Shown here: piece by piece, positions 9,401-17,440 of the stretch
How positions within the stretch are numbered: the first letter of the stretch is position 1
How the letters are laid out: every line of letters begins with the position of its first letter
From: Clostridia bacterium
GTDB taxonomy: Bacteria > Bacillota > Clostridia > UMGS1883
Assembly: GCA_051866635.1 (NCBI GenBank)
Contig: JBJDXJ010000014.1
Coordinates: 1 to 64,000, forward strand
DNA: 64,000 nucleotides
Direction of reading: 5' to 3'
Made by a program: the position numbers and the translations under genes
Notes under the pieces: model-generated
Told to the model about the DNA's origin: nothing
Database searches by the model: none
Seen by the model: only the letters and a program-made list of their open reading frames with translations

Positions 9401-10185
9401 AACTGTGGTTAATATATGACAGATACGAGGCGGAGCGTAACCGCCGTTACATAAATTTTTACTTTGAAAAGTGTAAAGAGAAGAATATTGACATTGAACT
9501 TAAAATTGTGGAAGATGGTATTAATTTTGACTTTCTTCCACAATGTGCTATTGTGCGGACAATGAACCCTACTCTTTCCGAAAAGCTGGAAAAGTGCGGT
9601 GTTAAGGTTTTCAATTCCTCATTTATAAGCCGTGTGGCAAACGACAAGTGGAACACATATGAATATTTAAAGGACAAGGGTGTGGCATTGGCGGAAACCT
9701 TTCTTGTAACAGAGGATTTTACTCCGCCTTTCTACCCTATGGTGTTAAAGCCTGCAATGGGCAAAGGCGGACGTGATGTGGAAATTGTAAATAATTATGA
9801 TGAATTTTTGTCCTACAGAAAAAGGGTTCGTGAAAAAACAATTGCCCAAAGGGTTGTAAGCGACAAGGGGAAAGACCTTAGGGTTTACGTAATCGGAAAC
9901 AAAATTATAAAGGGGATGCTAAGAATATCCGACAGTGATTTCAGAAGTAATTTCTGCCTTGGGGGGAGAGCTGAGGTTTACAATATAAGCCCTACGGAAG
10001 AAAAAGAAATACAAAGGGTTATGGACCAATTTGACATTGGCTATGCAGGGCTTGACTTTATTTTTGACAATGGAAAAATCATTTTCAACGAAATGGAAGA
10101 TGTTGTTGGTGCAAGGATGCTTTATACATATACCGATGTTGACATTGTGGACGAATATCTTAACTATATACTTTCAAAGTTTTAA
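9397..10185 (+). CDS. Second RimK-family ATP-grasp ligase
   Basis: 'NDKW', 'YPMVLKP..GKGG', 'DLRVYVIG', 'DFRSNFCLGG', 'GLDF..FNE'; ATGA overlap with the first. Confidence 0.85.
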   Translation: MKLWLIYDRYEAERNRRYINFYFEKCKEKNIDIELKIVEDGINFDFLPQCAIVRTMNPTLSEKLEKCGVKVFNSSFISRVANDKWNTYEYLKDKGVALAETFLVTEDFTPPFYPMVLKPAMGKGGRDVEIVNNYDEFLSYRKRVREKTIAQRVVSDKGKDLRVYVIGNKIIKGMLRISDSDFRSNFCLGGRAEVYNISPTEEKEIQRVMDQFDIGYAGLDFIFDNGKIIFNEMEDVVGARMLYTYTDVDIVDEYLNYILSKF

Positions 10186-10232
10186 CAAAATGAACACAAA
10201 GGTAATGTACTATTAATACAGGAGGTGAAAAT

Positions 10233-10969
10233 ATGGGGTAGCAAAAACGGTTTTCAGCAGATATGAAGTGAAATTTATATTAAATCATGACCAGTACGAA
10301 AATGTTGTCAAGGGCTTTAGTGACAAAATGACACTGGATGAATATAACGTAGGCGGAAATTTGTATACTATCATGAACATATATTACGACACTCCCAACG
10401 ACGATTTGGTGTCCATGGCACTAAAGAGGGAGGACGATTACCGATATAAAATACGCCTCAGAAGCTACGATCCCAAGTACCCCACAGCCTTTCTGGAAAT
10501 TAAGAAAAAGGTGAACGGGCTTGTAAACAAAAGGCGTACACTCATGTACATAGATGATGTTAACCCCTTTTTGTCAGAGCATAAAAAGGTGCCTGAAAGT
10601 GAGATTATAAAGCCTCAGGTCATTAAAGAGATTGATGTAATCGCCAAAAATATTGAGCTTTTGCCTAAGGTTGTTCTTTGCTATGACAGGCAAGCCTTTT
10701 TCGGAACGAGAGACGAGGACGGCGATTTACGTGTAACCTTTGACACAAACATCCGTGCACGGCGTTACGATTTGGATTTACGCCTTGGCAGTTACGGCAC
10801 AAGAATTTTGGACGAAGATTATGTGCTTATGGAGGTTAAAGTTGACAAAAGTGTGCCCTTGTGGCTTGCGAGGCTTTTAAGCGAAAACAATGTGCGGAAA
10901 ATACGGTTTTCCAAATACGGAACGGAATTTTCACAATATGTATTAAATAAGAAAAGTAAAGGAGAATGA
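10233..10969 (+). CDS. VTC (polyphosphate polymerase) domain protein, with apparent 1-nt frameshift just after the start codon
   Basis: 'VFSRYEVKF', 'IYYDT', 'KIRLRSY', 'FLEIKKK', 'LRVTFD', 'LMEVK', 'FSKYG'; the RBS-associated ATG at 10233 is out of frame (ATG GGG TAG). Confidence 0.8.
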
Positions 10970-11664
10970 AAATGATTAATGATTTTTTAAATATGCTGAC
11001 AAGCTCGGGCAGTGAAAGTGCCTTAGGCTTTGGCGAAATTGCCTTTGCCATTGTTTTAAGTTTTATTGTGGGCATTATTATCGGCGGTGTGTACAAGTAC
11101 ACCCACAGCGGATTTGGTTATTCCCAGTCCTTTGTAATGACCCTTGTAATGATGTGTACTGTTATTTCGCTTGTTATCCTTGTTGTAGGCACCAATGTGG
11201 CAGGTGCATTCAGCTTTGCAGGTGCCTTGTCCGTTATCCGTTTCAGGATGAGCCTGAGGGAACCTAAAGATATTGCCTACGTGCTTTTTGCAACAGCGGC
11301 AGGCCTTGCGGTAGGTGCAAGGGTGTATCTTGTGGCACTTTTAGGCGTTATCATTTTAAGTATATGCGTTATCATACTTACAAAGCTTAATCTTTTTGCA
11401 CCGGGAAGCACTGTGAAAAAACTTCGTGTAGTTATTCCCGAGGATTTGAATTACGAAGGGGTCTTTGAACCTGTTTTAGATAAGTATTGCGATAAACACG
11501 AGCTTTTAAAGGTTATGAATATTGACCTTGGTACACTTTTTGAACTTGTGTTTGACGTAAGGGTTAAGAAGAATATAAGCGAAAAGGAATTTTTGGACGA
11601 CTTAAGAACACTCAACGGAAATCTTAAAATTTCCCTTACTCTTGCAAGCGATTTGTCAGACTAA
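10966..11664 (+). CDS. DUF4956 family membrane protein
   Basis: 'GALSVIRFR...KDIAYV..A.A.GLA.G'; usual partner of VTC-domain genes. Confidence 0.88.
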   Translation: MKMINDFLNMLTSSGSESALGFGEIAFAIVLSFIVGIIIGGVYKYTHSGFGYSQSFVMTLVMMCTVISLVILVVGTNVAGAFSFAGALSVIRFRMSLREPKDIAYVLFATAAGLAVGARVYLVALLGVIILSICVIILTKLNLFAPGSTVKKLRVVIPEDLNYEGVFEPVLDKYCDKHELLKVMNIDLGTLFELVFDVRVKKNISEKEFLDDLRTLNGNLKISLTLASDLSD

Positions 11665-11674
11665 ATGAAAAAAG

Positions 11675-11829
11675 AGACTGTAAAAAAGTGGCTCTGAGAT
11701 AACAAAAAGACCATTTCGGGACTGTCCCAACAAACCTTTAGAGGTTTCTTTGGCAAATTGTCTCCCAATTTGTCATAAGGGGGACTGTTCCAAATGGTCT
11801 TAACTTATTTTTTTAGAGCCTTTTTTACA
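11675..11829 (-). repeat. Repeat family A copy 3 (inverted), right end fused to family C motif
   Basis: Reverse complement of 441-602; ends TTTTTTACA and continues TTATAGGAA instead of GCCT. Confidence 0.88.
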
Positions 11830-11992
11830 TTATAGGAATATTCAAAATTGCCCAATGAAAACGCAGTCATCGAAAATATGCTTTATACGGTGTAAAAAGT
11901 GTAATTACTTTTTCAAAAATCGTTGTAATTTTTGTAATTACGTGCTATAATATATTCGTATTGTTTCATATTATAATGATGGAGGTGCGTTT

Positions 11993-13291
11993 ATGTACCG
12001 AATTGCTATTGAAAAGCTATTAAAATGGAAACAAAGCAAACGCCGTAAGCCTTTAATTATCGAAGGTGCACGTCAAGTCGGAAAGACTTGGTTAATGAAA
12101 GAATTTGGCAGACAGGCGTATGCGAATACCGTATATATCAATTTCGACTCTAATTCCACAATGTCGGAATTGTTTGCATCCGATTTGGATACTGACCGTC
12201 TGATTATGGGATTGGAACTATATGCGGGTCACAAAATTGACCCCAACAATACTTTGCTGATATTTGATGAAGTACAAGAAGTACCACGAGCATTGGCATC
12301 GCTTAAATACTTCTACGAAAATGCACCGCAGTATCACATTGTCTGTGCGGGTTCTCTGCTCGGCATCGCATTACATGAGGGCACTTCCTTCCCTGTTGGC
12401 AAGGTGGATTTCTTAAAGCTCTATCCTCTCTCTTTCAGAGAGTTTTTGACGGCAGTTGACAAGGAGCGTTTCGCAGAACTTATTGATAATCAGGATTTTA
12501 GGATGATCACAAGCTTTAGGCAAACATATATTGATGCTTTGAAACACTATTACTTTGTCGGCGGTATGCCCGAAGCGGTGCAGAGCTTCAAAGAGAATAA
12601 AGATTTCAATGAGGTCCGTGACATTCAAAAGCGAATATTAGCCGCTTACGAGCAGGACTTTTCTAAACACGCTCCCAATGAGATTGTTCCAAAAATCCGT
12701 ATGCTGTGGAACAGTATCCCATCTCAGCTTGCAAAAGAAAACAAGAAATTTATTTACGGTCTTGTCCGTGAAGGTGCTCGTGCAAAAGAGTATGAGGCAG
12801 CAATTATGTGGCTTTCCGATTGTGGACTTGTCCACAAGGTCAGCCGAGTCAATGGGGCGGGTATCCCTTTGAAGGCTTACGAGGACTTAAAAGCCTTTAA
12901 ACTGTTTGTGGTAGATGTAGGGCTACTTAGTTGTATGGCAGGTTTACGCCAGCGTACATTGCTTGACGGAAATGACCTTTTTGCAGAGTTCAAGGGAGCA
13001 TTAACAGAACAGTATGTTTGCCAGCAACTTAAAACCATCGAGGATTTGGGAGTTTACTATTATACCAACGACAGAGGCTCCTGCGAAGTTGACTTTGTTG
13101 TTGATACAGGCGAGCAGATTATACCCGTTGAAGTAAAGGCAGAAGTCAATCTCAGAGCCAAGAGCCTAAAAACCTATCAGGAAAAATTCTCGCCGGAAGT
13201 TTCTGTTCGCACCTCTATGGCAGACTACAAAAAAGAAGAATGGCTGGTCAATCTGCCGCTGTATGCCATAGACCGGATTACTCAAATATAA
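11993..13291 (+). CDS. AAA_14 ATPase with C-terminal DUF4143 (PD-(D/E)xK-like) domain
   Basis: Walker A 'GARQVGKT', Walker B 'LIFDEVQ', 'GGMPEAV', 'EVDFVV...IPVEVK'. Confidence 0.9.
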   Translation: MYRIAIEKLLKWKQSKRRKPLIIEGARQVGKTWLMKEFGRQAYANTVYINFDSNSTMSELFASDLDTDRLIMGLELYAGHKIDPNNTLLIFDEVQEVPRALASLKYFYENAPQYHIVCAGSLLGIALHEGTSFPVGKVDFLKLYPLSFREFLTAVDKERFAELIDNQDFRMITSFRQTYIDALKHYYFVGGMPEAVQSFKENKDFNEVRDIQKRILAAYEQDFSKHAPNEIVPKIRMLWNSIPSQLAKENKKFIYGLVREGARAKEYEAAIMWLSDCGLVHKVSRVNGAGIPLKAYEDLKAFKLFVVDVGLLSCMAGLRQRTLLDGNDLFAEFKGALTEQYVCQQLKTIEDLGVYYYTNDRGSCEVDFVVDTGEQIIPVEVKAEVNLRAKSLKTYQEKFSPEVSVRTSMADYKKEEWLVNLPLYAIDRITQI

Positions 13292-13293
13292 TT

Positions 13294-13356
13294 GGAGATA
13301 CTTTGTTACGCCATGTGCGTTTTCTAAGGGTGCGAGGAAATTCTCGCAAGGCAATA
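13294..13356 (-). repeat. Repeat family C fragment
   Basis: Reverse complement matches 50979-51044 (TTGCC.TGCGAGAATTTCCTCGC...GAAAACGCACATGGCGTAACAAAGT). Confidence 0.85.
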
Positions 13357-13391
13357 GAAAAAAACGTGCCAATTAAGGCACGTTTTTCTAT
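13354..13391. terminator. Bidirectional intrinsic terminator
   Basis: AAAAACGTGCC-AATTAA-GGCACGTTTTT between convergent genes. Confidence 0.8.
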
Positions 13392-14060
13392 TTAGTCGTT
13401 TGCTCCGTACACTGAAAGATATTGACGAATTCTTTCAATGCAGTCTTTATCGCTCATTCTTTCGGGGTGACTTTCAAGATATTCTATAATTTCGTGAACT
13501 GTTACGATGGAAAAAACGGGGAAACCGTACTGAACTTCAATTTCCTTCATGGCACTCATTTCGCCCGTACCCTTTTCCATACGGTTTACCATAATCATAA
13601 CGCCACTTATCTTAACACCATCAAGTGTTTTCATAAGCTCAATGCTTTCACGGATTGCAGTGCCTGCTGTAATAACGTCTTCAACGATTACAACATTTTC
13701 ACCCTTTTTGGGAGTATAGCCCACAAAGATGCCGCCTTCGCCGTGGTCCTTAACCTCCTTACGGTTAAAGAAGAAGGGAAGATTAACCCCTTCCTTGGAA
13801 AGTGCACTTGCGGCTGAAACTGCCAGAGGAATACCCTTATAGGCAGGACCGTAAAGAACCACGTTGTCTGCCTTTATATTTTCTTTATAGCACTTTGCGT
13901 AATATTCGCCCAAACGGCAAATCTGGTCACCTGTTTTAATTTCGCCTGCGTTTATAAAGTAGGGGAGCTTTCTTCCGCTTTTTGCGGTAAAATCACCAAA
14001 CTTTAAAACCCCTGCATCAAGCAAAAACTCAATAAATTCCTTCTTATAATCCTGCAACAT
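13392..14060 (-). CDS. pyrE: Orotate phosphoribosyltransferase
   Basis: 'FGDFTAKSGR', 'GPAYKGIP', 'NRKEVKDHGEGG', PRPP motif 'IVEDVITAGTA'. Confidence 0.97.
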   Translation of the reverse strand: MLQDYKKEFIEFLLDAGVLKFGDFTAKSGRKLPYFINAGEIKTGDQICRLGEYYAKCYKENIKADNVVLYGPAYKGIPLAVSAASALSKEGVNLPFFFNRKEVKDHGEGGIFVGYTPKKGENVVIVEDVITAGTAIRESIELMKTLDGVKISGVMIMVNRMEKGTGEMSAMKEIEVQYGFPVFSIVTVHEIIEYLESHPERMSDKDCIERIRQYLSVYGAND

Positions 14061-14139
14061 AAATATTCCTCCTCGAATTTTTTTATATTATAACATACGG
14101 AGTGTAAATTTTCAACAATAAAGTAAACAAGCAGAGAAA

Positions 14140-14245
14140 TGAATTGCTGTTCAATTCAAGTTTTCGTTTTACGAAAACTTACCGACATTATTCATCAGAA
14201 AAATCCGTTTTAATGAATAATGAATATTTAATATTGAATAATTAA
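14140..14245. repeat. Repeat family D: hairpin plus five heptamers
   Basis: AAGTTTTCGT-TTT-ACGAAAACTT then 'ACCGACATTATTCATCA'; TAATGAA TAATGAA TATTTAA TATTGAA TAATTAA at 14211-14245. Confidence 0.65.
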
Positions 14246-14290
14246 TAATACAAAACAAAAAAATCCCATCTTACGATAGGATTTTTGTTT

Positions 14291-14367
14291 TGGTCGAGGT
14301 GACAGGACTCGAACCTGCGGCATCTTGCTCCCAAAGCAAGCGCGCTACCAATCTGCGCTACACCTCG
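14291..14367 (-). tRNA. tRNA-Pro (anticodon UGG)
   Basis: Reverse complement folds as a cloverleaf: CGAGGTG acceptor, CTTGC-TTTGGGA-GCAAG anticodon arm, GGTTCGAGTCC T-arm, encoded CCA. Confidence 0.97.
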
Positions 14368-14457
14368 ATTGTTAACATACAGATTATAACCTAAGCTGAA
14401 AGAAAAATCAAGTGTTCTTTTTTCTTTTTTTTAAAATATGTTGTATTGGTGATTTAT

Positions 14458-15141
14458 ATGTACTATATGGCAAAGCTTGAAAAGAAAACAAAATTGTTTC
14501 AAAAAGCCTACAGAACAAAGGATAATTATATTTACATAACAGATACAAAAAGGTGCAAGAAAAAGTTTTTGAAATCCCCATTAAAAAACGTTCTTTTTAC
14601 AGAGGTTTTTTTAGAAGACGAGCTCTTTGCGGGAAAAATACGGGAGGTGAAAGATTATGACAGAAATTTTATACTAAACTATCTGGAAAATGAAATCTTA
14701 GAAACAGTAAAGCTGTTAAAACTTAATCTGCCCTTGGAGGAAATTGTGATTTTTTCCCCTTCGGGCAGGGACATTTCCGATAAATGTGTAAAATATGCAC
14801 GCCTTGTAACAATTGTTGGTGAAACGGGGGAGGATTATTTTAAAGACGGCGTCCCCGTAAGGTTTTTAAGCAAAATGAAAAAAGTGCCTGACCTTTTTAT
14901 TTTGGAGGACGAAAAGAAGCATATATCCCCTCTTATGAAAAGGGCTGTGATTGACATAAGAGAAAACCCCTTTTCGGGGAGTTACTCTCTGGCGTGGGAT
15001 AAAATGTGCTTTAAAACAGACTTATTTGACTTTCAAATAAGTGCTTCCGTCCTTATATATTTTCTTAAAAAGGGCGAAATTTCCCACTATGAGGTTACTA
15101 ATTACAGAAAAAAATCCCCCCGTATTTTTACTTTTGGTTGA
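14458..15141 (+). CDS. Hypothetical protein
   Basis: Long ORF co-oriented with murJ; no motif recognised. Confidence 0.6.
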   Translation: MYYMAKLEKKTKLFQKAYRTKDNYIYITDTKRCKKKFLKSPLKNVLFTEVFLEDELFAGKIREVKDYDRNFILNYLENEILETVKLLKLNLPLEEIVIFSPSGRDISDKCVKYARLVTIVGETGEDYFKDGVPVRFLSKMKKVPDLFILEDEKKHISPLMKRAVIDIRENPFSGSYSLAWDKMCFKTDLFDFQISASVLIYFLKKGEISHYEVTNYRKKSPRIFTFG

Positions 15142-15188
15142 CTATGGTGTAAATTGGGTATAAAATATATACGTTTAGGAGTGATAAA

Positions 15189-16682
15189 GTGGCAAACGCA
15201 TATATTTTGGTAGTGTTCGGAATACTATGTGCAAAGGCGGCAGGCTTTTTAAGGGATGCGGTTTTTGCATCAACCTTCGGCACCGGTACAGCATCAGATA
15301 TTTATTTTCAGATTTTCGGGGTGGCAAGCCTTATTTTTACTGCGGTAGGAAGTGCTCTTTCCACACTTATTATTAAAAACGTAAACAAAACAGAACATTC
15401 CTCATGTGACGGACAAAACCGTTACGCATCTTATTTTATGCGGAACATAACCCTTCTTATAGGCGGGATTAGTGTTGTTTTGTATATTTTTGCAGAACCT
15501 ATTGTAAAATTCCTCCTCCCAAATTTAGAGGGGGCAGATTTGGCACTTGGAGTAAAAATCATGTATATAATGCTCCCCAGCTTTTTATTCATCAGCATTG
15601 CATACATGATGAGCGGACTGCTTCAGAACAGAAGGGCGTTTTTCACACCGTCTGTTATGAGTCTGCCCTATAATGTAATTGTTATCTTTGTGCTTTTACT
15701 GGGTGTTGACGATATTGTAAAGATAAGCGTTATAACAACCTTCGGTTGGTTTTTGCATATTGTTATACTGCTACCTGATTTTTACAAGAAGGGCTACAGG
15801 TTTTTCTTAAAGCTTCCCGAAAATAAAAAGGGAAGCGGTATGAGCAACTCTATCGAAACTATTTTAATATTTATATCGGGGCTTATGTTCCAGATTTGCT
15901 TTATGTTCGACAAAATGTGCGTAAGCTTTGAGGAAGGCATGATAACAACCCTTTCCTACGGAAGCAACCTGTTTATAACATTTTCGGGCATCTTTGTTGT
16001 TGCAATGAGCAGTGTGGTGTTCCCTGCCATCAGCCAGAATTACGAGCATGGGGAAATGGACTATGTAAGGGAGCTTGTAAGGTATATGATGAAGCTTATG
16101 GCATCTATTTTCGCATTTTATCTTGTTGCGGTGGTATTTTTCGGTGACTTTGCGGTGGGTCTTATTTATGAACGAGGTGCATTTACTCACCAAGATACCA
16201 TAAAGGTAGCAATAGCTTTCGGCATTTACTCTTTTGCAATATTCGGCTATCTGGCACAAAATATTTTGAACAAGCTTTTCTATATTTCCGGTAAGTACAC
16301 CGTAACCGTAATAGGTGCTTTGGTTGTGGCAACGGCAAATGCATTGATTGACTTAATCCTTGTGCCTTATTTTGGCGTTTATGCCGCCGCAATATCAACA
16401 ACAATACTTTTAACGTTGTATGCCGCTTTTGTTGCCGTGAAATTAAAAGACATAATAGGTGACTATATCACCAAAGAACTTGGTGGAAAAATGGGGAAAA
16501 TTGCACTGTGTGCCGTAATTAGTTCTTTTACTGCCTTTGTGGCGGAAAGGTTTTTAAACCATGGCACACTGACAACAATATTGGCGTTTTGCATATGTGC
16601 GGCAGTGTATGTTTTGGCATTGCATTTCACCGGGGTGCTTGGCGATTTGTTTAAAACTCCCCTGTCAAAATCGCAGAAATAA
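15189..16682 (+). CDS. murJ: MurJ/MviN-family lipid II flippase (MOP superfamily)
   Basis: 'AGFLRDAVFASTFG', multiple TM helices, 'IYERGAFT'. Confidence 0.8.
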   Translation: MANAYILVVFGILCAKAAGFLRDAVFASTFGTGTASDIYFQIFGVASLIFTAVGSALSTLIIKNVNKTEHSSCDGQNRYASYFMRNITLLIGGISVVLYIFAEPIVKFLLPNLEGADLALGVKIMYIMLPSFLFISIAYMMSGLLQNRRAFFTPSVMSLPYNVIVIFVLLLGVDDIVKISVITTFGWFLHIVILLPDFYKKGYRFFLKLPENKKGSGMSNSIETILIFISGLMFQICFMFDKMCVSFEEGMITTLSYGSNLFITFSGIFVVAMSSVVFPAISQNYEHGEMDYVRELVRYMMKLMASIFAFYLVAVVFFGDFAVGLIYERGAFTHQDTIKVAIAFGIYSFAIFGYLAQNILNKLFYISGKYTVTVIGALVVATANALIDLILVPYFGVYAAAISTTILLTLYAAFVAVKLKDIIGDYITKELGGKMGKIALCAVISSFTAFVAERFLNHGTLTTILAFCICAAVYVLALHFTGVLGDLFKTPLSKSQK

Positions 16683-16697
16683 AGAGAGGAATTTAAA

Positions 16698-17234
16698 ATG
16701 AGAGACAACCGTAAAGAATTTGTGTTTGTAATAGGTAAAAGTGAAAAAATGGATGCCGAAAAGATGATTGAAGGCTGGAACAGCATTGCGGAGAGTCAGA
16801 AAAAGGGCAAGGACGACAGTGTTTTTACCCTTGTATTTTTTAATGACGATATGAAGATGTCCTTTAACGGTGAAAGTTTAAAAAAAATCCGTAAGTACAC
16901 AAAACTTACCTATGTGCCCAAGGGCAAAAGTGCCCTTTACGATGCCATTGGTTACACTATGGATACAGTTGGCGAAAGGCTTTCAAATACGCCCGATTGT
17001 GACATGCCCAACCAGGTATGTATGATAATTATAGGCGAAAGCGACTCGAGAAGCACTGTGTATGAATATGCCCGTGTGGATGAAATGATAAAGTGTCAAA
17101 AATATATTTATAAGTGGGACTTTGTTTTCTATGGTGACGGCAACACACGTTTTGACATTAACAAGGGCGGAAATTTTAAAAATTACGATAAAATGTTTAG
17201 GGAAATAAACGATTATATTACAAGTTTAAGATAA
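16698..17234 (+). CDS. vWA-like domain protein with degenerate MIDAS
   Basis: 'EFVFVIGKSEKM', 'Y.PKG.SALYDAIG', 'W.F.F.G' match small vWA proteins. Confidence 0.65.
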   Translation: MRDNRKEFVFVIGKSEKMDAEKMIEGWNSIAESQKKGKDDSVFTLVFFNDDMKMSFNGESLKKIRKYTKLTYVPKGKSALYDAIGYTMDTVGERLSNTPDCDMPNQVCMIIIGESDSRSTVYEYARVDEMIKCQKYIYKWDFVFYGDGNTRFDINKGGNFKNYDKMFREINDYITSLR

Positions 17235-17248
17235 CGGATAAGGGGACT

Positions 17249-17315
17249 TGTAATCTAACCGTCACAAAACCTTAACAATGGAGTAATTGACAAAAAACTC
17301 TTAAATGATTATAAT
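17249..17315 (+). promoter_or_regulatory. Consensus sigma-A promoter of the S-layer gene with upstream OmpR/WalR-like half-sites
   Basis: TTGACA(17287)-17-TATAAT(17310); TGTAAT, CGTCAC, CTTAAC and AGTAAT at 11-bp periodicity from 17249. Confidence 0.7.
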
Positions 17316-17440
17316 GTACGTGAGATAAGAAGAAGTCTCACTACATAAAAATAAACCGGAAAAGGTACTGCGGCAGTTTAAACTGCGGAGGAGCGTATTG
17401 ACCGGATTGGGTTTATAAAATAAGAAAGGAAGGATTAAGC

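Noticed and set aside
14061-14135. PyrR attenuator upstream of pyrE
   Set aside because: No recognisable PyrR-binding loop or terminator in the short leader
14291-14367. tRNA-Pro as a possible island integration site
   Set aside because: No integrase and no duplicated tRNA 3' end seen in the window; a housekeeping gene (pyrE) follows
17330-17420. S-layer leader as a c-di-GMP or c-di-AMP riboswitch
   Set aside because: I could not find the conserved motifs of those classes; kept only as a generic structured UTR
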